A stretch of DNA of 64,000 nucleotides, from assembly GCA_964199315.1 (NCBI GenBank), contig OZ116703.1:558001-622000 (forward strand), written 5' to 3'. The stretch is from Orbicella franksi (Eukaryota). Of the stretch, positions 46,338 through 58,932 are shown one piece after another. The translations under genes and the position numbers were made by a program. The notes beneath the pieces are model-generated. The model had not been told where the DNA came from, ran no database searches, and saw only the letters and a list, made by a program, of their open reading frames with translations. Positions within the stretch are counted from its first letter, which is position 1; every line of letters starts with the position of its first letter.

Positions 46338-49300
46338 GCTCACTTAAATTACACACGCGTCAATTTTTGTCGATTTCTTGTGTGGTTTTCATGAAAATGC
46401 ATAAGTAGCTCAGCGGCAGGTTTTAACTTCCCTAATTTGATCTTCTGTTTTTTATGACGACATAACTTTAACATAAAAGGAATGGATTCCACGCAGAAAA
46501 CTTTTAACATTAAATTGGACTGTGATAAGGTAGCAGAATATCATGAAATGCGAATCCTTGGCCTAACAGAATTTATATCGTAGTTCAAACAGGCTTTTTC
46601 TCTGACATTTAGCAGTTCTAGTGCTTGAATCTTAATCCTTTTCTTACTGGCATCTTAAAATACGTTGATCTCCTCAACCCGACCCCCCTGTGGCTATAAC
46701 GAATTTATTCCATCTGTCGCTAAGGCAAACATTCCAGTAGGATCATAAAACATGTTGCTAGTGCCGTCTTTTTTGACTAACTTTTGGAGCGCTTTTCAGA
46801 TAAAAAACATTGTCGTAATCGACTGCAAGAAATGCATATCGCCGCTATTGACTAAAACACCTGCCTGAATTAGTTTAAACCAAAACTGCTTGCGTTTCTC
46901 TTTCGATCTTAACATTATTTACCTCGTCTCTGGCTCAAAAATGCAAATACAACGAAATTGTCTTCTGCCTCGGTTGGTAATTGGGAAAATTCACAGCTGG
47001 AAGCAGGCGGCTTATAATGAAAAATTTAAGTCGGTGAGTGAGCGAATGGTTTCTCTTTTATAGTTTCCGCCTGACTTGTACAACGTTGACAGCAGCCTTT
47101 GTATTCCTTTAAGAACGTGACTAAAACATAGGTTCATCTTACCCTCGCGTTGCTAAAGACGAAAATGTGATCCCTTTCCAAATTGAGATTCAGATTGAGA
47201 AATGTTCTTCAGTTTGTTCTCCGAGTCAATCTTCAAAAACCTCATTTGCCTGAAGCATTTTTGAATCAAACGGTAAAATTTACAGCCATCTTTATTAAAG
47301 TTCTATCACTCTAAAGCATACCTTTTCAGCTATACAATTCGCAAAATAGATTAACAGAACCGCAAAAGCCTATCCTTTGTCAAACGTTGTAAACTACAAC
47401 ATTTCACCGTCCATTTTGAATATTGTATTGTTCGTCGTAAGCGAGGTACGACGACGGCCTTACAAATGTATATAACTGCAAAATGTGGGAAAAAAATGTT
47501 TTACATGTAGTGAATAAAGTACGCAGGGCAATAATGATGTTAGGCCAAGAAACTGAATTGCGCGCTTCAGACGAATTTTATTTGTGAATTGTTATTTTGC
47601 TTTGATAAATAAGGAAGCTGGCCGACCACATTCGGACTCGAAACAATGCTTGATCTGCCAAAAGCTCATTTCTTTGGTAACTAGAAAGTAAAAAATGTCA
47701 TTTTTTTTAAAGTATTCGACATTTGAATCAATCTCACGCGCTTTTTGGCTTCGATAATTTTGTACAAAAACGTTGCTGTGTTATGGTGTGACATAATTTG
47801 ATGGCGCATGTCAATTTCCACACACGTACACTTTTTTTAATTTCAGTTTTCTTGCCGACTTAGTGAAGTATTGTAACAATTTCTCGATAATGCACTTGTT
47901 CAGTTAAAGATGTTCGCACGCTAAAGTTGTTCTTGCCAGGAAACAAATTACAAGTAAATATTCTTAAGCTACAAGTCTGCTTCGGCATATATTTAAGTAT
48001 ATATATCTCATTAGTTTATTTGCCGGCCAGCTCCCGATGTCATTTCAAACTCAAAAAATAACGCGCTTATTTTCTAGACCTTTAACAAGCCATAGTTTAT
48101 TTGATATTTTATTCCTTTCCATGTTCAAAAAAAATTATTTCGTCTCCAAGACAGATTTGTTTGCTCACGGATAGTTCCGGTTCACTCGTTGAATTGCTTC
48201 TATGCGCAGGCCATGTATTTTTTATTTTCTATGCAGCATTTTGTCGCAGTAGGTGACATGTGAATGAACTCTGTTTAGCGGCTTTTTTATTCGAAGTCAA
48301 TATGTCGAGATCGTTTTAAAACGCAGTATCATCTTAAACGTTAAGTGTTTTCACGAAATATTTCGAATCGTGCGGTCGTTGTTTATAATCATTCACTGCG
48401 TTCTTATTTTGGAACTAAACTATAAATAAAACGAGATACCTTCAAAAACTTACCCTTGTGATCAAACTCCGTTTTTGCGTCGTTTGGTCGAAGCCTTCGA
48501 AGGCATTAGCTGCCATCGAAATCATGTTTACTCCAAGTTGCAGCGCAGACACTTCTACAAAATTATACGTTTCATTCCAGCCTTGTACTTCGCCTATAAT
48601 ATCATCAAATCGAACTAGACAGCACGACCATAATCCTCCTCTAGAACATTCATTGATCAGCAGCGAAGCAGTGTAGACATCTGCCACGGCAAAAATTAAA
48701 TATTCATGACGCTATCCAGTGTGGGAGATTTTTTTTGTCATTTATTATGACTCTTGCGAGCAAGATGAGCTGATTTTAATTGCCGAACCGATAGACTCTT
48801 CAGTCCTCTCATTTGTTTCTACGCATTTGTTTACTGCTAGAAACCCATTCATTTTCCCAGTTAGCACTTGCCTAGATTTCGTGTTAAAATCTGTATCAAA
48901 CAAATAAACTCTTTCGCTTGCTTCTGTAGTGTTGTTGACTATTTTATGATGTAAATTCACAGTCCACAAATGCATCATTGAGTAGTTTATGCGGCAAATT
49001 ACATTTGATGAATATCTGTTTCGCGAGAATTTTCTCCTACTCATTGAAGACTATTTTTAACTATGTATCCCGTGAATTTCTTTTCAAGATACAAGAGTTC
49101 GTTCAAATTCCTTCTAATTTATGATTTCTCGGTTTGGAAATTGTCCCTTATGATTTTCGCAACTAATGCAAAACGACCTGACCTATAACTTCTGAATACG
49201 CATGACTTTCAAACTTTATTTTACTAAAGAATTAATTCGGAGCCAATCTTCGGGTTTTACTTTATTTTTAAATCGATTTCGAGCCGTCTTTGCACCTCTT

Positions 49301-52300
49301 GTTTTCCGCTGAATTATTTAAAAGTTAAAATAAAACAGCAAATCGTTATAGAAATGTGTGAGTCTAGTTTTTGTTCATCAACCGCTCTTAATTATTTTCT
49401 ATTATACAGCTCACAGAAGATTTTCCAGGAATTTAAAATTCGATTCAGAATCCGATGACCTCGCTTTGCTCTTTCAACCATCCACCAGAGTTTATACTGC
49501 TAACGAAAACGACCCGTTTGTTTACATTTCCAAGGCGAGAAAGCAATTAACAGAATGGGAAACGCTTCGGGCTGTTGAGTCTGCAGACACACGCATTTTC
49601 AATAAACTACGTCCAATTACTGTTTTGTAAATACTGTTATTTGTAAATACTTAAACTATCGCATTTACGATTTTCCAGTTTCCGATCTGGCACATACAGT
49701 TATACACTGGTTATATTCTATTGTGACCAAAATTTCCGCAATCTAAAAACGAAATACGTGATAAGATGTTGCGCAACAAAAAGAAAATAAAATCGCAAAA
49801 AAAAAGGTTGAAGAGACACTCAAGGTTAATTGACAGATGCTAATTCTCATCACGCTTTAATTAATCTCCGAACGCGATCAAATTCTAATTTCTCAACATA
49901 TTTTGCTAAGGGCATCAAGTAGAAAGTTCTTCTTTCATCTACCAACAGCTAATGTATAGCTCTGAAAAAGTATTCTTATCTCGAGTTAGCCTCAATAAAG
50001 TTGATGAGTTATTATCTAACTGCTGATAAATTGAAGAATATTGCGAGAGATTCGTTTTAATTGGCAAGCAAGAGAGTGGGTTTAGTGTAATTCGATGTTA
50101 TTGGGAAGTGTCTACTTGAATACAATGGAACTCCGACAGACCTTGACCTCATAATGATTACCCTGTGCATGTGGCGTAACTTTCTTTGCCTGTTCGTATT
50201 TTAGACAAACAAAGTAAACAAAGCCTAAAATGTACTTTCATATGACGTTTTAATTCTAGAATGACTTTAGACTGCAGTGTAGGTAATGGTACGGAAGATG
50301 ATTCTTCAGGAGGTTTTTTCTTGGTTCTTATTAATAAATTTATTTTTATTTACTATCTGTATATTTTTGCAAATTTTGAGAAGAGTCGAAACACAACGTA
50401 TTAATGGACTCAGAAACCGATGTTTGAAAACTGTTAATAAAAGATTAAAAAGATGGGCGTGATAGATAAACTAAAACAAATGCATGGGGTAATTTCTTCA
50501 TTGAGCGAACGCTAAATAACTGTATTTTATAAACTTGTTCTTAGGCCATCGTAGCTTGATTAAGAATCTTACACAAACAGCGGTGATAAACATTATATTC
50601 CAACGCATTTTAATACAGAACTTGACGTTTCGTATGCTAGTCTGCATACATTTTCAAAAGTGACCGTTACAATTTTTTTAAAACTATATATATATATCGT
50701 AAAAATCAGAGGTCCGGAACCTAGACTGAGAAAAATGATCTTCCTATGGCAGTACGTTAACCTGTCTAGACATCATGAGGAGAAACAGCTAATTAAGCAA
50801 TAACTCCTCACTACTGACATTGACATTATGGTAAAGCTTTAGCTCTTGAATGAACAGAGTCTCTTCAATTTTGCAATGAAAGTCAGTTTTGCCGGACGCT
50901 AGAATATCAAAATGATCCCATTTTATGTTGTGACTAGTAGTTTTCACATGATCAGCAAGGGCTAATGAATGGTCACGTTTAGCGAGGGCCTTGAAATGTT
51001 ATGTTTTTTTTTGTCATGGAGTCTTCGTTTTGTTTGGCAACGTAAAAAAAATGCGTTTTAAAAAATGCGTTGGAATACAATGTTCGTCACCGCTGTTTGT
51101 GTTATATTCTTAACTGTATTTTATTATTTGCTTACGTAACAAACAACTCACCAGGCTTAGGGAAGAGAGAAAACTGGGATGAGACTTAAGACTTAACCCA
51201 TAATCCCACATGGGAGGGGCCTTGAGAGAAAGAGCTCTCCCCAAACACAGGACCCATGACAGGCTCCTTCCACTTTTTCGTATTTTTCTTTGAACCTCGC
51301 CATGATTTCCGATCCCTGCTCGCGATAATTGATTGAGGTTATTGCAAATATAACCCCAAGTTTTAAAAAGTAGCATTACATGCAAAGCTAACATGATTTT
51401 TACGTTTCCTGTCACCCTCTCAACAGCTTGACTCCCATCAACAGTTCATTCATATTTCGTATGATGTTGACTCTGCCATCGAAGAACTGTCTTGGAAAAC
51501 GTCCATGCTGAGAACTCTTAAAATTACCCGACAACTCCGCCCTCTCTGGGAAAGTTCCCAAAGTACAACTTAACGATAACAGAATGATTTTTTTTTTCGA
51601 GAAACACATAATATGGACATAAATTTTCTTTTTCTTTTTTTTATTATTTTTTTACTTTTATAATTACATTACATTCATAAATTTTTCTGTTTCGCTTAAA
51701 AAAGCCTTGATACATTCGTACGTTAATTACAGAGAATACATGCAAGTAAAAATTAAAAGATTAGATTGAGGCACAAAACAGAAAATCTTTCAAAAGACGA
51801 CAACTTGCATCACAAGGCCCAAAATATCTGCTCCAGACTCCGCTAGCATTCTCCAGGGGTTAATTGTGATTAATTCATGTATGCAGTTACATAGTTACAA
51901 CCTATTTGTAATACAATCCTCTTCAGTATAGCCGTATACTAAACCAGTGTGCCTGACAAACTTCTATTAATGACAGAGCTAAGTAGAAAATCATTCTAAT
52001 CAACACCTCCATTGGCAGTGCCTATTAGCAGCCTACCTCATTTTCCGGATTACTTTAGTATGTGTTTGTAGTGTTTGTATAAATAAGTCAAACTGTCTTG
52101 ATTGTTCTTGTAGATATTTGCTTGCCCCAGGCTGTGTTCGCGTGGCTTTCTTATTATTGAGACCTCATCTAATGTTGGCACTGTTAGGAGCAGCGCTCAT
52201 TAAAAGGGCATTAAATTTAAACTATTTCTTCATTAAACTCGTATCCCTTTCAACAACTCGTTAAATGACATTTATAACTTAAAAAACATAAGAAAGCAAA

Positions 52301-53049
52301 GGAATTCGTAAATGACTAATATCTCATAAATTATTATCGTAATTAATTGTGAGCTGCCTGCAGAGCTTTCCGGCGCCTGAGTGTCTTAAAATGAGAAGAA
52401 AACCACAGATGATCAATGCCTTCTGGTTCTTTTCCTTTCAAGTGCGTTCTGCTCTCATGGAATTTTTTTGGATCATATTCATTGTTCATGTTAATTCTTA
52501 TAATCTCGTTTTACCTTTTCTAACAAATTCTACAAGAAGGATGAATCTGATTACCTTAGACAAAAATCTTGATCAAAGACCATTTTCTCCCAGGGAAAAT
52601 TATGGGAGATATAAGTGACAATAAAGAGAATTTGGATACGATCATTGGGACTTGTTGTTCAGTGTTTTTCAGTGCTGTTTGGGTGTAAAAGTACTTTGAG
52701 CTGAGTGTTAGTCTACTCAATAAGAGAACTAGACACATAAACGATTTATTTTACGAGGGAATATTCCATAAACACGATGAAAGTATTTCCGTTTCCGTGC
52801 TTGTCGCGTATCTCCTTGCACTGAGGTCGGCGCTTGAATTTCCTGTCCTGCAGTGTAATGAGTTCTACATTTCATGCTTCATTCATTGTTTTCTATTGAT
52901 CATTGCCAACAATATCACGGGGCGCATGTTTACTCAGCTGCTGCAGATGTGCTTTTAAATGAGTCGTAAATTGTTCTCATAGCACATAAGCGTTTAAGAG
53001 CCTCGTTAAATTAAGTTGCTGCTAAAACTCACTAGCCTTTCATCGTAAA

Positions 53050-56000
53050 ATGAAGATCTGGGCGGCGTTGTTCGTTTGCCTTATGGCGGTGTCTGGGCGA
53101 AGGTACTGGCATAGATCTAGAAACGCAGGTAATGGCAATATTTGGAAGATTCACGTCTTTGTTGTTCCTTTTAATTTATGTGCGTAAACAGGATAGGTAA
53201 GACTTTTCGAAGGCCAACAATTAGAAATTACCGTACCCATATGGAAAAGTTTAGTTTACTTGTAAGAAATGCTGCGAAATACCATGCAGTCTGAGCTAAT
53301 GTTCTCGTTTGTTCTCTTTTTTCTAATCTTTTTGGCCAATTTACTCCCTAAATAAAGGGGAAACTTACAACTGAGTCGGATAATAACACTGCTGTGTAAA
53401 CAAACTTGCCTATCACAATTTGTACACAAACCGAACAGCATAATTTTTCAACAGAAGCGGAAATTTAAACTTATTTAAGTGTTTTATGCTGTTAGTAAAT
53501 CGATTTTAAATGAGAAACTTATTTGCTCATCTAAACTCCGACTTCAGCATTAAATTTGCAACAGAACTACAAACTTCTCTCATTCGTAGCGGAGTTGATT
53601 TTATTTAGCACTAGATAATGATATAATTATAAATAAATTCTCAGACAATATTTTTAATTTTGGTGATATTTAGGGCTCGAGGTTTTTAAAATAAATCAAG
53701 TTTTCACTAACAAGCAGTCCCCCTTCAGGAATATTTCGATACTAACGGTTTTTTCTAAGAAAAGTAAGTACTTCACTCGCAATTATAGAACAAAGCTTTT
53801 TTCATATCAATTAGATTACTAGCCCAATAAATTCTTAATTTGGATAGTGTTCAAATTAACAGGTAATTTGGATAGTTCCGTACGCGATCTAATTAAAAAC
53901 TAGTAAGACTACGTCATAGTCCAATTTGGAAATATTGGATTCAAAAATATATTTGACAGCCAAATTGGTTTTGGCTGTCCTCGGAATTTTTCTCATCCAA
54001 TTATTTGGACAGCATGTTGTCCTATTGTACACAAATCCGTAAAATTTGGCCTCCGAGATGTTCCTGGTTCGTTAACTTGATATACCTAGCAAATGGGATG
54101 TATTTATCAAACTTGAGATGAATCCAACTGTGCTCAGAAGGAAATTTATGGACAATGTATAATAAGTGGTCAAGTAAAGTCAGCAAATGAACCTAAAATA
54201 TACTCCTAATAATTATTACTCTTTCTTTAGTCAAGTCATTGATCTAAAGAAGAGGGCTGGACCTAACTGGTCTACTTTAAGGGGAGCTTCTACTTTGCCT
54301 TAGCTTCTCGAAATTTTTGAAGTGATTCAAAATTAGTTGAATGATTGGAAATTGGTATTTCATAACAGAGAAAGATATTTTTGACTCGTTTCAGTATTTA
54401 TGGATTACTGGAGAACCCTCGATGACGGCCAGGACAGCAATAGCATTTCTTTTTGGTTTTTTTTTTGGTTTTTTTTTGTTTTGGTTTTTTTTTTTGTTTT
54501 TTGCTTTGTGGGGACATGTTAGCGAACAGCAGCGCTGGAGGGCTAAACATTTGGGTTTGATTGACCTCTCTTAGCTTCTCGTACTTATTCATTAATTTTG
54601 TGTAGGGGTTGTAAAACTATCCGGAGATAAATTGTCCGTGTTGAAAAAGAGCCTAGCTTGCTACTTACCTAAATGTTTTGTTGTTGTTCAGTGTTATTGT
54701 TATTTTAAGTCCATTCTGGAAAGCCTAACCCCAGTTCCATTACTGAACAGAACTTGATACATGTGTGAGACTGTTTTTGTTCTTTTAGACCCGATGGCTC
54801 CAAAATGGGACGCACTATCAGGTAGGCGATTACAAGACTTTTTTGCACTTTAAATCTCCTACAGGAGGGATGCCGTATTCTCCAGGGTCAAATATCGTAA
54901 GGAACTCATCCAAAGACGTCACGGATCCCCCAAATGTTAATAAGTAAATATGCTCAAGAAACAGTTTGTTTACGAATATAATCCTGAAAGCTTTACCTGT
55001 CTCTCAGTCACTTGGCTCAAATGGGAGGCGATGCCGCTGACCGTTACTGACGCTGTCGACAAAGGGTGGAGCTTGCAGGACAAGTGTCGCGGTGAGTGTA
55101 AAATGCTATAAATTAGCATACGCCTGTGGTCGGAGAATTGACTTTGTTTTTTAATTTATTTTTTATTGTTAACATTTTTGAAGGATGAAGCAAATTGGTT
55201 TAGTACTATTGTCCCGAGTATAGTGATGTTAGTCGATGGTAGGTCCCCCTCCTTCCTTCTTTCCCCACCCCCCTCCCCTTAAGCTCAGGGCCTTCTCCCC
55301 ACTTCCTCCATTTTTGCGGATCTATTTACCAGGTGTACATCATAATCATAGAAGCACACAAAAACATCACAGCAAAATAATTCTTTTGATCTCTATTTAT
55401 TTTTCTTGAAGACAGCGCATATTTTCACGGAAATCGTTATGTTCGTGATGGGAACACGACACTCATGCTGTTATTTGATGAAAACGATAACATAGCGGGA
55501 ATACAGACTGGGGTAAGTATGTTCAGTTAGCCATGTCGTGGCTGATGACGCTGTTGTAGTTGATTATGGACGCTAAGCATCTGTTCTGTCAGTTTTGGAT
55601 TATTCCATTCAACATGGCGAACATTTTTGTAGACGAGGCACCTCAGCACATCATCAGGCATTCCAGGATTATTATTCTTTGAACATTATTTCAAGACATT
55701 TGTTGATTTCTTAATTTTTCTTTTATATTCTAAAGATTTCTAAATCATCTGTTGAGCCTAAGGCGTTGCATTGGAGAGAGGAGAACGACACTTACGTCAT
55801 AACAGCTTACTTTAAAGATCCAAGCCTCATTTGTTCTAAGAAACATTCACACGCCCGATATATCGGCGACCGACTTTTGATCCAAAACAGTCCCAAGTCA
55901 TCTGGACTCGTTCAGGTCCCTTTACTTGAGGACGGCCTGTTAGAAACGAAGTGGACTGAGGGAGAGTGCTTCTGGTCGATGGGTAAGTTGGGAAGGCGCT

Positions 56001-57908
56001 CGGTGTTACGACAAGTGCTTCTCGCCCCCAGGATTTCACCCGGCCAGCACCCGGCCATTTTTTCTCGCGGTTTTCTTTGGCGTCACGCACGACGGACTAA
56101 GCGAAAGAGGGACTACTCGTAGTTTATGTTAACAGCTGTGCAGCACCTATCTTAACAATTCACTAAGGTGGCTATGGCAAATATATACGAACGATGAAGA
56201 TATAGGTTCCTACCTTTGCTAGCTTGATGTTCATGATCATTATCTCACCGGCCCGCGGGAGTTCAGGGTTTTCAAATTTGCTCATTTTTTTTTTCTTAAA
56301 TTTTGATGATGCCGCGTGCACGCTGATGTAAACACGATAAGGAGTTGTCTTAGCTTGTTTTCTGTTTTCGACTTTATGTTGTACAAGGAATGAAAAAATA
56401 CCCCTTTCTTCAACAAATCTTTATCCAAACGCGAGAGAAGGCTTAGGAGAATAAAAGAGTACTATGCAAAGTCTATACAGTACTTTCGAATTCCGCCAAA
56501 CTTTGTTTTCGTGCTTGCATCGGACTATGCATTGTCCATGATGAAAGTCAAAATTTACAAGACTCTGTTAACAGCCGTATTTGCCTTTGTTTATAGGGAA
56601 GTTATACTGGTATGATCTATTAAACGTGGTTGACTGCAACTCGCTGTTTCCGGTGTTTCTGATGTACACGAATGGAGTGTTAAACGGGTTTGGCTGGGTT
56701 CTTCCGCACAAACTTGACAATTCACGATTTGTACATCCAACAAATACGTCCTACCCGGTATGCTAACCACTGTTTACAAGTTTATTTTTACGTCTCTTTC
56801 TGAGAATAATATATGACTGACAAAATACTTCATTGTGATTGGCTGAGAACACGCCAATTTATCTTTAATTCGTAATTACCACTGCGGTGCAGATCAATGC
56901 GCGCGCGTTCATAATTTTCTCAGTCATATAATAAATGGGTAATCGTATGAAAGTTCCAGCAATGTATTAGTCGTAATATTTGAAAATAATTTCAAATTGC
57001 ACTTGCCTAAAGGCTCGTGCAATTTTGAGAGAATTTTCAAATATCACTCGAAATGTAAGTCCTTACTTTCACTCGCATTCATACGATTACCTCCACATAA
57101 AAGACCTTCACCAGTCATTTCATCCTTTTGTGTAGTTTTCAGGCGAAATAAAGGGAAGCCATAGGCATGGGGGATGAACCAAACCATTTACAAATATAAC
57201 GGTTTTCGAGCTTTCGTATTGGCAGCATTATTTATGACGTGAGATAACGCAGAATACAAATATACTCCATCACCACGGTGTCTTTTAATACAGGTCAAGC
57301 CCGAAGTGGGAGAGGGATAACTAGCCTAGAAAGTTTATACGGGGGCCTCCGCCCCCAGGTTCAACCCCTTGCCCTTTTGTATACCATTTTGACAAAAAAA
57401 CTACCCATTTCGTATGCCTTTTATTGGAAAAAATAACTCTGTCACATAGCTCACTGCATCCCTTTTCTAAACCCTTGAAATGAAATTAGGAACAATATTA
57501 TGGGAGAACATCAAGCATTATCAGGAGACTGTTAACCAAAAAACAAGTATTATTTCTTCATTTCATGTTGTAGCGGGAGTCAAGATACTCTGATTTCCCT
57601 ACCCTTTCATATACCTCAATCTGTGAAATCTGTACCCTTCAGTATACCTGAAGCCTGAAGAAGGTACCTCCCTCGGGGCCTCCCCATATAGGCCATTATA
57701 GGGGGCACGCCCCCCCCCCCCCCCACCAGAGAAGTCAAGTCAAATTTAATTCGTAGACTTGAGATGCAAACGCTGTCAAAATGATGTTGTCGTTCTTTTC
57801 CAGTATCTGTTTAAGAATGGTACCGTGCCGCCCTGTTTCTGGACCGCTGACCGGCTGTCTATGATGCACGTCTACTTGGACTCCAGTCCTTTCCTGAACA
57901 TTTGCTAG
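53050..57908 (+). CDS. Secreted Cys/aromatic-rich protein of unknown function, paralog A (269 aa, 7 exons)
   Basis: Exons 53050-53128 (signal peptide MKIWAALFVCLMAVSG), 54789-54821, 55008-55091, 55412-55512, 55736-55982, 56597-56757 and 57804-57908. All introns GT-AG, 810 nt in frame. Colinear with the paralog at 58933-62698. Confidence 0.85.
56938..57092. repeat. Related palindromic element
   Basis: GGTAATCGTATGAA...TTCATACGATTACC arms, with the same central CACTTGCC..GGCTCGTGCAATTT core as 36272-36450. Confidence 0.65.
57345..57725. mobile_element. Probable non-autonomous DNA element with a poly-C end
   Basis: Contains TACCC/ATACC-rich subrepeats and ends in TATAGGCCATTATAGGGGG..CCCCCCCC. 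Recognised as repeat-like only. Confidence 0.4.
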
Positions 57909-58932
57909 AAAAACGATTCATGCGTCCAACACAAAAGAAAACAAGGATAGTATCACTTAAAATGGTTTCCAGAAATCTGTCAAGGACTACTTGTAGACTT
58001 ACACTGCCGTGTAATTGACTTCCTTGTCAGTTTTAAGAGTCTTCAATAGAGAATTAAGGAGTCTTTTCCTTTCGGATGGGAAATAAAGATGATTGCGTGA
58101 GATCTTGCTGGTTTCTAGAAAACGCTTATTTTGTTGCAGTTGTTAATGTTACTATGCACTTCTATAGATGCCTATTTTAAATTGCTTTTTTGGTGATAGG
58201 CCAGTTTTTTCCAGTTGACTGGTATTTGCTTCTTTTAGTGAGAATTAATTTGTTCCCAGAATCATTGTCATGTTTCGAAACGGACTATAAAAAATGCTTT
58301 TTAATCTAACAATTAATCTTAATCTCGATTTTATAACTAATTAGCTCGCCTGTTACCTAAATTTGTAGCTCTTCAAACCCTTGATTTGAAATGTTTATTC
58401 TTGTCACTTCCCCCGGTGCTGAGAATTTCGCGACGATCCAGACGCTATCCCCTACATGATGGATTTCTTTATTCTCATTACCCGATTGCTCGAAAACGCA
58501 TTAGTGTTGTAACGAGAATTTAGCTATCGATCGCAATTAATTTATCAGAAGGATAAAGGTGTTACTCGGGAGTAAACAAAGAATGTTCTACAGAACAGTA
58601 ATTGTCTACTGATTGCTATTTCTTGCATCATCCACCCAGCTACAAAAATTATCGTCGATGAAAAGTATACGGGAAAATGATAAAACAAACGCCTGTGAAA
58701 AGAACCTGTTTTAATTTCGGAGATTAATACCACAATGTTATACATTAGTCAATCAAGATTCCTTTCATTTTAAGACGTATTCAGGTTAGTTTTTAGCAGT
58801 AATAAATGGCAGAAAAGATGAAAGTCTATATTCAGCATTTTTTTGTTTGCCTTCTGATTTTTAATGCAATGATATACATGCCCCTTAGATATTCCCTCAT
58901 TCTACAGTTAATTTCCCAGAGAGCGTACAGGT

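Noticed and set aside
49440-49500. Trp-Trp exon as the missing Cav-beta SH3 segment
   Set aside because: It reads YKLWWMVERAKRGHRIL, which lacks the NDWWIGR..KEG..GFIPSP pattern; the alternative frame hits a stop.
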